A DNA stretch of 32,000 bases from Nitrosopumilus maritimus SCM1. GTDB taxonomy: Archaea; Thermoproteota; Nitrososphaeria; Nitrososphaerales; Nitrosopumilaceae. The position numbers and the translations under genes are program-made. The stretch is from contig NC_010085.1 in NCBI RefSeq assembly GCF_000018465.1, forward strand, positions 390,001-422,000. The letters are read 5' to 3'. The notes under the pieces are model-generated. The model had not been told where the DNA came from, did not search any database, and saw only the letters and a list, made by a program, of their open reading frames with translations. How positions within the stretch are numbered: the stretch's first letter is position 1; each line of letters opens with the position of its first letter. This document shows positions 24,519 to 32,000 of the stretch, one piece after another.

Positions 24519-24758
24519 CTAGACGTATTTTTCAGGACATGACAGTTTCTTGATGGGTGTTAACTCGTTTTTACATGCCATGTATAATGCCTCTTCTATT
24601 TCATTTTGCATACTTTGCTGTAATACTTCATCCTTGTTTGTTATTTCACATTCATCAATTGCAGATAAATTTCTAAAATTGATGTATTGTGGGTATGTTA
24701 CTGCACAAGAGTAGGACTGAGGATCGCCTTTGAACTTATATCTTATCCTCAATGGCAT
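24519..24758 (-). CDS. Small hypothetical protein (79 aa), tandem paralog of 24189..24422
   Basis: See the paralog. Both have TATA-like AT-rich upstream regions. Confidence 0.55.
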   Translation of the reverse strand: MPLRIRYKFKGDPQSYSCAVTYPQYINFRNLSAIDECEITNKDEVLQQSMQNEIEEALYMACKNELTPIKKLSCPEKYV

Positions 24759-24852
24759 ATGCTCATACTATTTTGACTTGTATATAGGGATTATGTATTT
24801 CATAACTTATGATAATGAAAACATACTTGAATCAGTTATTGATTGATAAATT

Positions 24853-25629
24853 ATGGGTGAACCCGATGTTGTACCTGAAAGACTATCAAATCCTCTAAAT
24901 CGATACATCATTTTTGGAATTTTGGTAGCGGGAGTTATCATTTTCACATCAATGAATGTGTTCAATGAAGATGATGTGAGCATTTTTGCATTTGTTATCT
25001 CGGTTTCACTTACAATCTGTCTTTCTATATTTTGCTTCATTGTATCAAAGAAACACGAAACAGGCCTTTTAGCCAAATCTTATCTTTCCTTGGGCTTAGG
25101 ATTTACTTCCTATCTTGTGGCTGAATTATTGTATTATACATTTGACTTAATCCTGGGAATTGAGGCTTATCCTTCAATTGCTGATATCTTCTTTTTTGCT
25201 CTCTATCCCTTTGTTCTAGGCCATCTGCTCTTAAACATCAGATATTTTCATTCAGGTTACACCACTTTAGAAAAAATCTGGATTCCGATAATCCCTATTA
25301 TTGCATTAATTGTCTATGTTGCTTTGTCTCTAAGCATCCCTGATGCTGAATTGAATTTTGACTTTTACTATGGTTTTATTTTTGTAACTGGCGCATCTTT
25401 CACATTATCTTTTACCATTTTGGGGGCTTCTATTTTTAGACAAGGAATATTGGGCGCAGTTTGGTTGCTACTCGTTATTGGACTGATGATTAATGCTGCT
25501 GGAGATGTTTGGTACTATCATCTAGAAATATTTGGCCTGTATTTTGATGCTCATCCTGTAACTACTGTTTGGTATGTTGCAAATATGTTCATCATCTATG
25601 CTTTATGGAAACAGCTTAAAACTACCTAG
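24853..25629 (+). CDS. Polytopic membrane protein (258 aa, ~7-8 TM), unknown function
   Basis: Hydrophobic segments throughout. No motif recognised. Confidence 0.6.
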   Translation: MGEPDVVPERLSNPLNRYIIFGILVAGVIIFTSMNVFNEDDVSIFAFVISVSLTICLSIFCFIVSKKHETGLLAKSYLSLGLGFTSYLVAELLYYTFDLILGIEAYPSIADIFFFALYPFVLGHLLLNIRYFHSGYTTLEKIWIPIIPIIALIVYVALSLSIPDAELNFDFYYGFIFVTGASFTLSFTILGASIFRQGILGAVWLLLVIGLMINAAGDVWYYHLEIFGLYFDAHPVTTVWYVANMFIIYALWKQLKTT

Positions 25630-26150
25630 ATTGATACCCATTCAGATTCTGCATTGAATTTTGATTTGTATCTCCTCATTCTTTTTAGCACTAACTCTGC
25701 AGTATTTCTGACACTTTCATTCTCATCCTGACATGATCTTTTCATTGCATCTATCTGATCAGTTGCTCTGATGATCATTAAACACTCAGTTGCTTCATGA
25801 CGTACTAGTGGACTAGGATCATAATTTGCAGCATATGCAAGTTCTGGAATAATTCTTCTCATGTTTCTAGCTGCTATCTGATAACATACTTCATGGCGTA
25901 CAACATCATTATCATCATTTTTCAAAACCCATGCAAACAAATCTGTCGTCTTTTCAAACAGTGGTCCTTTAAGACCAACCTCCACTGGTATTTCTCCTGC
26001 AAGCCATACGGCATCCCATCTTTCAGATTCATCTTTTGATGTCTTGAATATCTCTTCTAATTTCAAAAATCTCTCTTCAAGTGGCATAGCCTTGATAATT
26101 TTATCAAACTCGTCTGGAATATTGACTGTACTCATGGTAGGTGATAACAT
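25626..26150 (-). CDS. HEAT-repeat (PBS-lyase HEAT-like) protein
   Basis: Repeated D..[SDN].VR.EA...L units: DESERWDAVWLAGEI, DDNDVVRHEVCYQIA, DPSPLVRHEATECLMII, DENESVRNTAELVL. Confidence 0.7.
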   Translation of the reverse strand: MLSPTMSTVNIPDEFDKIIKAMPLEERFLKLEEIFKTSKDESERWDAVWLAGEIPVEVGLKGPLFEKTTDLFAWVLKNDDNDVVRHEVCYQIAARNMRRIIPELAYAANYDPSPLVRHEATECLMIIRATDQIDAMKRSCQDENESVRNTAELVLKRMRRYKSKFNAESEWVSI

Positions 26151-26241
26151 GTGAATTTACTACTATTTCAATTTTTGGCAAATTATTAGGATATAGATAT
26201 ATGCTTATTCCCATTATTGGAACTCATGGGTCAAATCAATA

Positions 26242-27243
26242 ATGAGCGTGGTATCTAAATTCCAGCCCACCTATGAAAACTTAAGAAAATCAAAAATCAA
26301 TAAAATTTCCCTATTTTCAAAATTAAAAAGTAAAACCGTCGGTGTGGGTTTTTTATTTGCTATTTTAGCTGCTGCATTTTCGGCATTACCTAATGTTATA
26401 CCAAAGTCATTTTTGGATGCACATGCTGTAGATACTTCAACAATTCCAAATCCCCTGATGTTGGTTTTTGTGATTTATGTTGTAAACAGTTTACTGTTTT
26501 CTCCATTTCGTAAGTCTCAAAGAGAACATGAAGTAAAAAAAACAAGTCGAATGACTTTGTTTTTGTTAATATTGCTTGGAGCAGTAGAGGCCTCAGGAAC
26601 ATTAACTTATACATTTGGACTCCAAGAAACTAGTGCAACAAATGCTTCTATCTTAGTAAATTCTGAAACTGTTTTTGCCATTTTACTAGGCATTATGATC
26701 TTTAGAGAAAAATTAAGTAAACAAGAAGTTTTGCCATTTTTCCTAATTGTTGCAGGTTCAATCTTGATTCCCGTTGGTGCTGATATTCAAAACAACGAAT
26801 GGGAATTGTCTGATTTCATGATGGGTGATTTACTTATTGTTATGTCTGGATTTTTTTACTGTCTTGACACCTTTATTGCCAAAAAACTAGATGATTCCAT
26901 CAAAACTCGTCATATAGTCCACATTATGTCCTGCACTGGTGCAATAATGACTTTGGGATTAATGTTGTTCTTTGAAATCCCATTTGATATTTCGTTTGAG
27001 GAATTATCTGTAATGTCTTTTGTTGGATTTTTGGGAATTGGTGTTACTATGATGTTTTTTGTCATTGCATTAAGATTAATTGGTGCTGTAAGGACTGTTC
27101 TAATTTACTCATCTACGACTATATTTAGCATAGTCTATTCAATTTTGATTTTATCTGAAGGGCTTACAATTTTGAATATTGTATCTACATCTAGCGTGCT
27201 AATTGGGTTGTTTGTTCTTCGTAATAGGGTGGGGTCTGATTAA
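26242..27243 (+). CDS. EamA/DMT-superfamily transporter
   Basis: About 10 TM segments in two halves, with typical EamA-like segments (ASILVNSETVFAILLGIMIFREKLS; VLIYSSTTIFSIVYSILILSEGLT). Confidence 0.7.
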   Translation: MSVVSKFQPTYENLRKSKINKISLFSKLKSKTVGVGFLFAILAAAFSALPNVIPKSFLDAHAVDTSTIPNPLMLVFVIYVVNSLLFSPFRKSQREHEVKKTSRMTLFLLILLGAVEASGTLTYTFGLQETSATNASILVNSETVFAILLGIMIFREKLSKQEVLPFFLIVAGSILIPVGADIQNNEWELSDFMMGDLLIVMSGFFYCLDTFIAKKLDDSIKTRHIVHIMSCTGAIMTLGLMLFFEIPFDISFEELSVMSFVGFLGIGVTMMFFVIALRLIGAVRTVLIYSSTTIFSIVYSILILSEGLTILNIVSTSSVLIGLFVLRNRVGSD

Positions 27244-27266
27244 GGTATGATGTTCTTATATTTATA

Positions 27267-27282
27267 TTCCCAAATTCGGGAA
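27267..27282. promoter_or_regulatory. Inverted repeat TTCCCA-AATT-CGGGAA (site 5, one inner mismatch)
   Basis: It lies 71-86 nt upstream of the HTH-B ATG. Confidence 0.4.
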
Positions 27283-27352
27283 CCACTATCTTATAAGAAT
27301 AACTCTGATTCCCTTGCATAATATTAATAACTAATAACAAAATATCAATAGT

Positions 27353-27952
27353 ATGCCTGGATTAGACAGTCTTCTTGCTAACTCCTTGAAGGAATCCATT
27401 ACAAAAGATCTTGGAAAAGGTATGGTTAAAAAAATCGAAGATCGTTTGTTTGAAAAATATGGTATTTCATTTGCTCAGTCAATTGAGAATTTTGATAAAT
27501 TAGATCTAGTTCTAAGGGAATTCTTTGGCAAGGGAACAGATGGTTTAGAGAAAAAATTCTTTGAAACAATCTTTCAATCAAAATCAAAGAACTCAAAGGA
27601 TGGATGGTACCAATTACGTGATGAAAACTTGTCACAAATGATTCTACAGTCTTTTGGTGATCCTGAAAAAAAGGCAATTTTAGAATCAGCTACTGAAACT
27701 CCAAAAATAATCACTGACATCATTAAAGATTGTAATCTATCTCAGACATCTGGTTACAGAAAAATTAACAGTTTAATCGATGACGGTTTACTCTATAAAA
27801 CAGGACATATTGTTCGTGACAATAAAAAAATCAACAAGTATGTCTGCTCATTTAGTAATCTTCGAATTAATATTGAAAATAAAAAGACAAGTGTGGAATT
27901 ACAGTTAATGGATAATGAGCAGAGCTTATTTGTTCAAACCATCAAAGCTTAG
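27353..27952 (+). CDS. Putative DNA-binding protein HTH-B (paralog of 10592..11197)
   Basis: Full-length similarity to HTH-A. The HTH-like segment is IITDIIKDCNLSQTSGYRKINSLIDDGLL. Confidence 0.6.
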   Translation: MPGLDSLLANSLKESITKDLGKGMVKKIEDRLFEKYGISFAQSIENFDKLDLVLREFFGKGTDGLEKKFFETIFQSKSKNSKDGWYQLRDENLSQMILQSFGDPEKKAILESATETPKIITDIIKDCNLSQTSGYRKINSLIDDGLLYKTGHIVRDNKKINKYVCSFSNLRINIENKKTSVELQLMDNEQSLFVQTIKA

Positions 27953-28159
27953 ATACAAATTCATTGTTACAGATTTTGGAATAGAGAAATAACTGATTTT
28001 AATTCATTATCTGATTCCATCTAATCTAACACAAAACTATCCTAATTAGATACCTGAAATTCCTAAATTCAATCAAATATTGTTGAATTCTTAAGATTAT
28101 ACCGTATGAAACCAATAATCTATTACTACGCAGTAAAAAATGACTAACGGTTAAATATC

Positions 28160-28177
28160 ATTTCCAGATATGGAAAT
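28160..28177. promoter_or_regulatory. Inverted repeat ATTTCCA-GATA-TGGAAAT (site 6, perfect 7-bp arms)
   Basis: It lies 7-24 nt upstream of the RR-B ATG, downstream of a TTAAATAT box. That is an operator-like position over the expected transcription start. Confidence 0.5.
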
Positions 28178-28183
28178 AATACC

Positions 28184-28570
28184 ATGAAGACAGCAATTGT
28201 TGTAGATAACGATCATGATATTGTTGAGGTATTTTCTGACCTTTTAGAGATGCTAGAATTTGATGTTATTTCTAAAGGATATGATGGCGGCGATGCTATA
28301 ACAATGTATGAAAAATTCAAACCAGATGTAATTTTCATGGATGTGCATATGGAAGAAATGCATGGAGATCAAGCACTAAAAGAAATTAGAACAATTGACA
28401 AGGATGTAAAGGTAGTAATGGTAACTGGGGATATGTCAAAATCTATGGAAGATACATTGGAAAAATATGGTGCATCGGCAATAATTCACAAACCCTTTGA
28501 CATTAAAATCATAAATGAAATTATTACTGAACTAGAAAATGCAACTTCTATAGTAATCCAAAAAGCATAA
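28184..28570 (+). CDS. Receiver-only (CheY-like) response regulator, RR-B
   Basis: VVDNDHD, FMDVHMEEMHG (acceptor Asp), VMVTGD and IHKPF motifs. No output domain. Confidence 0.9.
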   Translation: MKTAIVVDNDHDIVEVFSDLLEMLEFDVISKGYDGGDAITMYEKFKPDVIFMDVHMEEMHGDQALKEIRTIDKDVKVVMVTGDMSKSMEDTLEKYGASAIIHKPFDIKIINEIITELENATSIVIQKA

Positions 28571-28603
28571 TCCTTTTTCGTTCATAGTTTGGATTAAACA
28601 GAA

Positions 28604-28681
28604 TGGTGCTCCCACCGGGATTTGAACCCGGGTCACAGCCTTGAGAGGGCTGTATGCTTAACCGGACTACACTATGGGAGC
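28604..28681 (-). tRNA. tRNA-Glu (anticodon CUC), CCA encoded
   Basis: Hand-folded: GCTCCCA/TGGGAGC acceptor, CAGCC-CTCTCAA-GGCTG anticodon arm, CCGGG-TTCAAAT-CCCGG T arm, and ACCA end. Confidence 0.9.
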
Positions 28682-28791
28682 TTAATCAAAAACAATCCTG
28701 TCTCAATTTAAAGGAAATGTTTTGACTTTACATGAATTTGTTAAACTTTGTGAGTTAGGCCATTTATAGAAAATCTGTCATATTATTTTCC

Positions 28792-29673
28792 ATGGATTTG
28801 CAAAAAATTCCTGAAAAATTAGGGTTGTCTGATTTTCCTGTAGGTTTAGGTGGTTGTAGAATTTCTGACCATTTTTTTGATTCCTGTGGATATGACGTTG
28901 TTGTCTTTGATGAAAAAGATGAGCCTGATAAAATTGTCTCAATTGATAATGAAATGTTTGTTCTTCATCATGGAACATTTTCTGAAACAAATTCAAAGAA
29001 ACTTTTGCAATATGATAATTTGAAAATAATTCAAGATGCTTCCTGGGATCTTCGAATGTTTCTATCAAAAATTAAAGAAAAGCACTCAGCACTGTTTGCT
29101 GACTATGCAAAAAACTCTTTGATTGAATCTATGTTTTGCTGCCAAAAGGCAAAAGAATCCATTGACAACTCTGATGACTTTGCCCCCTGTTGGCAAAAAT
29201 GTGCATCATTTTATCTGGCTGATGCAATTACTTCGCTAAATAACAAAAGATTGGGTGCCTCACATATGCTTGATTTTTTGAGAAAGTTTGCAAAAAGCCC
29301 AATTAATGAACACATCTCTGTTGTAACTCAGACAGTCGGAATAGAGAGAGCAACTCCTGTTTTACTTGAGCGTATGGTAAAGTCTACCGTGGGATTTTCT
29401 GATATGGTTGAAAAAAACAATCATTCTCAGATTATTCAAAAAACACATGACTATTTTGTGAAAAATTCAATGCTTTCTGATTGTTATTTTTACCTGGGAT
29501 ATGTCAATAAAGAAAATTTCATAAAAATCAAAAATACTTTGAGCAAAAATCATGATCTCATTCATGTATTAAAAACGGCATTTGATGTCGAAGCTGATTT
29601 AGAATTATTAAAACAACAATCTGATCTTATTAAAAAATCATGTAATGCAATTCTTGAGGCTGCATCCAAATAG
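28792..29673 (+). CDS. Hypothetical protein (293 aa)
   Basis: Long ORF with coding-like composition. There is only a weak by-eye resemblance of GLGGCRISDHFFDSCGYDVVVFD to a degenerate nucleotidyltransferase G[GS]-x(n)-D-x-D loop, which is not enough for a call. Confidence 0.5.
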   Translation: MDLQKIPEKLGLSDFPVGLGGCRISDHFFDSCGYDVVVFDEKDEPDKIVSIDNEMFVLHHGTFSETNSKKLLQYDNLKIIQDASWDLRMFLSKIKEKHSALFADYAKNSLIESMFCCQKAKESIDNSDDFAPCWQKCASFYLADAITSLNNKRLGASHMLDFLRKFAKSPINEHISVVTQTVGIERATPVLLERMVKSTVGFSDMVEKNNHSQIIQKTHDYFVKNSMLSDCYFYLGYVNKENFIKIKNTLSKNHDLIHVLKTAFDVEADLELLKQQSDLIKKSCNAILEAASK

Positions 29674-29726
29674 ATTTTCTTAATTCATGTACTAACCTTT
29701 TAAAACAAGTATGATTATGTTTTCTC

Positions 29727-29870
29727 ATGACAGATCAAGCATGTGGATGCGAAGCTGATAGCGGCGATCCTGATTACTCATGTGATTGTGCAATGCAAGG
29801 TCATTGTATCTGTAGCGCAGACTGCAAATGTGGTACTGACGTTTGTAAAGAAGCTACTAAAGACATGTAA
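29727..29870 (+). CDS. Candidate 47-aa metallothionein-like Cys-rich protein (below ORF-track threshold)
   Basis: Hand translation gives MTDQACGCEADSGDPDYSCDCAMQGHCICSADCKCGTDVCKEATKDM, with 9 Cys in 47 aa and four CxC motifs. A TTTTAAAA box lies about 22-29 nt upstream of the ATG. Confidence 0.55.
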   Translation: MTDQACGCEADSGDPDYSCDCAMQGHCICSADCKCGTDVCKEATKDM

Positions 29871-29905
29871 TTGGATTTTTCCAATTTTTTCTTTTATTTT
29901 TAAAA

Positions 29906-30073
29906 TTATTCTTCCTCTTCCTCAAATCCCCAAGATTTTACTAACTCTTTTTGGAATTTGTCATTCTGTTTTGCATCTAGTGCGTATCCACAGTTCTTGT
30001 GTGTTGGAACAACGTTCATTCCATCTAGTTTGAATTCCACTTCATACAAGTGAACTTTGGAGCATTCGCACAT
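29906..30073 (-). CDS. Small protein (55 aa) with CxC...HxxC and poly-Glu tail
   Basis: MCECSKVHLYEVEFKLDGMNVVPTHKNCGYALDAKQNDKFQKELVKSWGFEEEEE. Start placed at the only ATG (30073); the tracked start at 30121 is a CTG. An AAATATAG box lies about 27 nt upstream. Confidence 0.45.
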   Translation of the reverse strand: MCECSKVHLYEVEFKLDGMNVVPTHKNCGYALDAKQNDKFQKELVKSWGFEEEEE

Positions 30074-30165
30074 GTCTATCCAGTCTCTAAATTTTCCTCT
30101 ATATTTGCTTATTTGAAGCAAGTTGAATAACGTTTAACTATCTCTTTTGATAATTTTTTTTAGAT

Positions 30166-31641
30166 TTGAATAAACTGTTAATTCTTCCAATTTTCATGAC
30201 GGTATTTTTGGGTACTTTGATGATGCCTTCAGCTTTTGCACAATTTCAATCTGGAGGTGTAGATATGCCTGGAACATGGTATGTTGGTGAAGGCCTCAAA
30301 CACGGCGATTATTTTTCTTACAATCTTTGTCATGTTGACTATAAGGAATGTGCTGAATTTGGTCTAGATATGTGGATTAAAGGAGATATTCAATCTGGCA
30401 GTGAAACAAAGTGGTTAGCTGAAGTTGTTGTATATGATGGCAACAAAGTTGTTGTCGGTGAAATGGAATTAGGAAAGATTGCTCCTGAACCAACTGGTGG
30501 AAGTGAAGAACTAGGTGTGTATAGAGGTGCATTCAAATCTTCAGTTGCATGGTTATCTGCATTTGCAACATCTGATTCTGGAACTAGTGGAAAAGGACCA
30601 AAGGCATTTAGTGCAACTTCATGGGGAAAGATTGGAAACATTGGTGGAGAACAAGTACTTCCCATGAAGATTGAAACAATTACTATTTCATCTGGAACTT
30701 GGGAAACTGTACAAATGGGATGGCGTACTGGTGGACAAACAAGCAAAGTTTGGATTGTAGATGAATTTCCATTTCCTGTAAAAGCCCATACGTTAACTCA
30801 TGTTTCAGAGGGAATTCCTCCAGCTGAATACAAATTTGAATTACTAGATTACAAAGAAAACGTTTCAACAAGCCCTTTTTCAGGAATTGTATCTACTGTT
30901 GACACTTTTTCAGAACAAGGATGTGATACTGATTTTGAACGAGATGTCACTATAAAAAAACCTACAAACAACTTTGATTATCAAATTCATGTATTCTATG
31001 GACCTGAAGAACCAGTACAAGGTTGTGAGATGCAATGGCTAATAAAATTTATCAGCAAATTTGACGATACTGAATTTTTGAACCAAGTCCAATTTGATTT
31101 TCTAGTAGTAGATGATAACTTGACTCCATTACGTTCAATGGCTCAAGATGAAGGAAGACAGTATCTCTACTCTCCATCTGGACAATACATTCTTGATATG
31201 GTAGTCCAAGAACCACCTGGCAAAGTAAACTATGTTATTTGGGTTTATGGATTAGCTCCTGAAGGAATAGTACCTGGTTCTGCTGCAGATTATTTACAAA
31301 TTCCTGTAACTGTTTTTGCCAGTGAAGGAAGTACTCCGGTAGTTTCTCCACCTTTTGAAACAACATCTCAGGAAATACCTGAATGGATTAAGAATAATGC
31401 AGGCTGGTGGGCAGAAGGTGCAATTGATGATGGTTCATTTGTTCAAGGAATTCAATTCTTAATCAAAGAAGGAATTATGCAAATTCCTCCAACTACACAA
31501 GGAACTAGTTCTTCTAATGAAATTCCCTCTTGGATAAAGCAAAATGCTGCATGGTGGGCAGAAGGTGCAATTGATGATGGTTCATTTGTTCAAGGAATCC
31601 AATTCTTAATCAAAGAAGGAATAATGAGTATCTCTTCTTAA
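30166..31641 (+). CDS. Secreted protein (491 aa) with duplicated C-terminal WWAEGAIDDGSFVQGIQFLIKEGIM module
   Basis: A TTG start gives the signal peptide MNKLLILPIFMTVFLGTLMMPSAFA|QF. Two 36-aa C-terminal repeats follow. Confidence 0.75.
   Translation: MNKLLILPIFMTVFLGTLMMPSAFAQFQSGGVDMPGTWYVGEGLKHGDYFSYNLCHVDYKECAEFGLDMWIKGDIQSGSETKWLAEVVVYDGNKVVVGEMELGKIAPEPTGGSEELGVYRGAFKSSVAWLSAFATSDSGTSGKGPKAFSATSWGKIGNIGGEQVLPMKIETITISSGTWETVQMGWRTGGQTSKVWIVDEFPFPVKAHTLTHVSEGIPPAEYKFELLDYKENVSTSPFSGIVSTVDTFSEQGCDTDFERDVTIKKPTNNFDYQIHVFYGPEEPVQGCEMQWLIKFISKFDDTEFLNQVQFDFLVVDDNLTPLRSMAQDEGRQYLYSPSGQYILDMVVQEPPGKVNYVIWVYGLAPEGIVPGSAADYLQIPVTVFASEGSTPVVSPPFETTSQEIPEWIKNNAGWWAEGAIDDGSFVQGIQFLIKEGIMQIPPTTQGTSSSNEIPSWIKQNAAWWAEGAIDDGSFVQGIQFLIKEGIMSISS
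31372..31626 (+). repeat. Two 108-nt copies (31372..31479, 31519..31626) encoding EIP.WIK.NA.WWAEGAIDDGSFVQGIQFLIKEGIM
   Basis: Read directly. The copies are 147 nt apart, and the core of about 70 nt is nearly identical at the DNA level. Confidence 0.85.
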
Positions 31642-31687
31642 TTACCTACATTCAAATTGTGAATACTGGAAAAATTTTTGAAGAAAA

Positions 31688-32000
31688 ATGGTTGGTCTTT
31701 TCAAACATCCTAAACGAAAAATTAGAAAATTAACTGCACAAGGAAACTATGAAGATGCCATAAAATTAGGAAAAAGTTTGGAATCTGAATATTCTGATGA
31801 TTCTGACTTTATGTTCATCATGGGCAGTGTCTACTTTTTAGTAGATGAACCAAAAAATGCTCTGCCATATTTTGAAAAAGCTTTCCAACTAAATTCTGAT
31901 GACCTTGAGATGCTTAGACTCAAAACTAATGTCCACTTGGCTTTGGAGCAAAAATCTGAAGCCATTGATTGTTGTGAACACATTCTAAAAATTGATCCAA
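31688..32000 (+). CDS. TPR-repeat protein, 3' end cut by window edge
   Basis: Hand translation gives MVGLFKHPKRKIRKLTAQGNYEDAIKLGKSLESEYSDDSDFMFIMGSVYFLVDEPKNALPYFEKAFQLNSDDLEMLRLKTNVHLALEQKSEAIDCCEHILKIDP, with TPR-like A..YFEKA..L.P periodicity. It is open to the window end. Confidence 0.65.
   Translation, partial: MVGLFKHPKRKIRKLTAQGNYEDAIKLGKSLESEYSDDSDFMFIMGSVYFLVDEPKNALPYFEKAFQLNSDDLEMLRLKTNVHLALEQKSEAIDCCEHILKIDP

Noticed and set aside
24807-25076. Minus-strand ORF 24807..25076 overlapping the start of the membrane protein. Similar antisense or overlapping ORFs occur at 287..556, 1170..1394, 1829..2117, 2265..2534, 4575..5074, 6322..7375, 9677..10175, 13299..15368, 18453..19085, 21282..22291, 26396..26614, 27426..27677, 28778..29068 and 30390..30871.
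   Set aside because: All are embedded in longer ORFs on the opposite strand or another frame that carry recognisable domains or paralogs. Their translations are compositionally odd (Ser/Leu/Cys-rich shadows).
7883-28681. tRNA-Gly and tRNA-Glu bracketing about 20 kb as boundaries of an integrated mobile island. Both share the 23-nt accgggatttgaacccgggtcac.
   Set aside because: The shared segment is simply the conserved T-arm. I found no integrase, transposase or partial tRNA 3'-end duplicate (att-like direct repeat). Core genes (L10e, endA) lie inside the interval. The locus may still be a hypervariable region, but there is no evidence for a tRNA-targeted integrative element.
29743-30033. Tracked 96-aa ORF MDAKLIAAILITHVIVQCKV...
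   Set aside because: It has a hydrophobic, low-information product. It overlaps, in other frames, both the compelling Cys-rich 47-aa ORF (29727..29870) and the minus-strand small ORF. It is most likely a chance ORF.

Overview
Visibly AT-rich archaeal chromosome segment. Archaeal markers are ribosomal protein L10e, a tRNA-splicing endonuclease, TATA-like boxes about 25-30 nt upstream of start codons, and two tRNAs. Gene content looks Nitrosopumilus-like (ammonia-oxidising thaumarchaeon), but that assignment is inference only. Housekeeping and ordinary genes: a rhodanese sulfurtransferase (5'-truncated), a ferredoxin-domain fusion, a processive GT2 glycan synthase, a coiled-coil protein, a CPA2 antiporter, tRNA-Gly(GCC), L10e, EndA, a HEAT-repeat protein, an EamA transporter, tRNA-Glu(CUC), and a TPR protein (3'-truncated). 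The centre of the window (about 9.4-28.6 kb) is an accessory-looking locus built around one giant ORF (12319..20613, about 2,764 aa). That ORF encodes a 3-TM N-terminus, 14 (7+7) copies of a ~51-aa beta-propeller-like repeat, and a ~1,000-aa stalk rich in Asn/Ser/Thr/Pro N-glycosylation sequons. The stalk is made of near-identical 114-, 120- and 60-nt tandem DNA repeats. It is followed by two Ig-like domains, Cys-containing globular domains and acidic C-terminal micro-repeats. The giant gene is bracketed by a duplicated pair of unclassifiable genes: small N-anchored S proteins with a DEDGKxxY motif, and secreted 4-Cys P proteins of ~210 aa. Beyond these lie signalling genes: a CHASE3 histidine kinase and two receiver-only response regulators, each next to a paralogous ~200-aa HTH-like protein. 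An inverted repeat TTCC(C)A-N4-TGG(G)AA recurs in four promoter regions (P1/giant, P2/kinase, HTH-B, RR-B), which suggests one regulon. This locus is my best candidate for an undescribed system. Two sub-threshold small ORFs absent from the ORF track look real: a 47-aa metallothionein-like protein with four CxC motifs and a 35-aa C2H2-like zinc-finger peptide. I saw no rRNA, CRISPR array, transposase or integrase. All homology calls are by-eye motif recognition; no searches were run.
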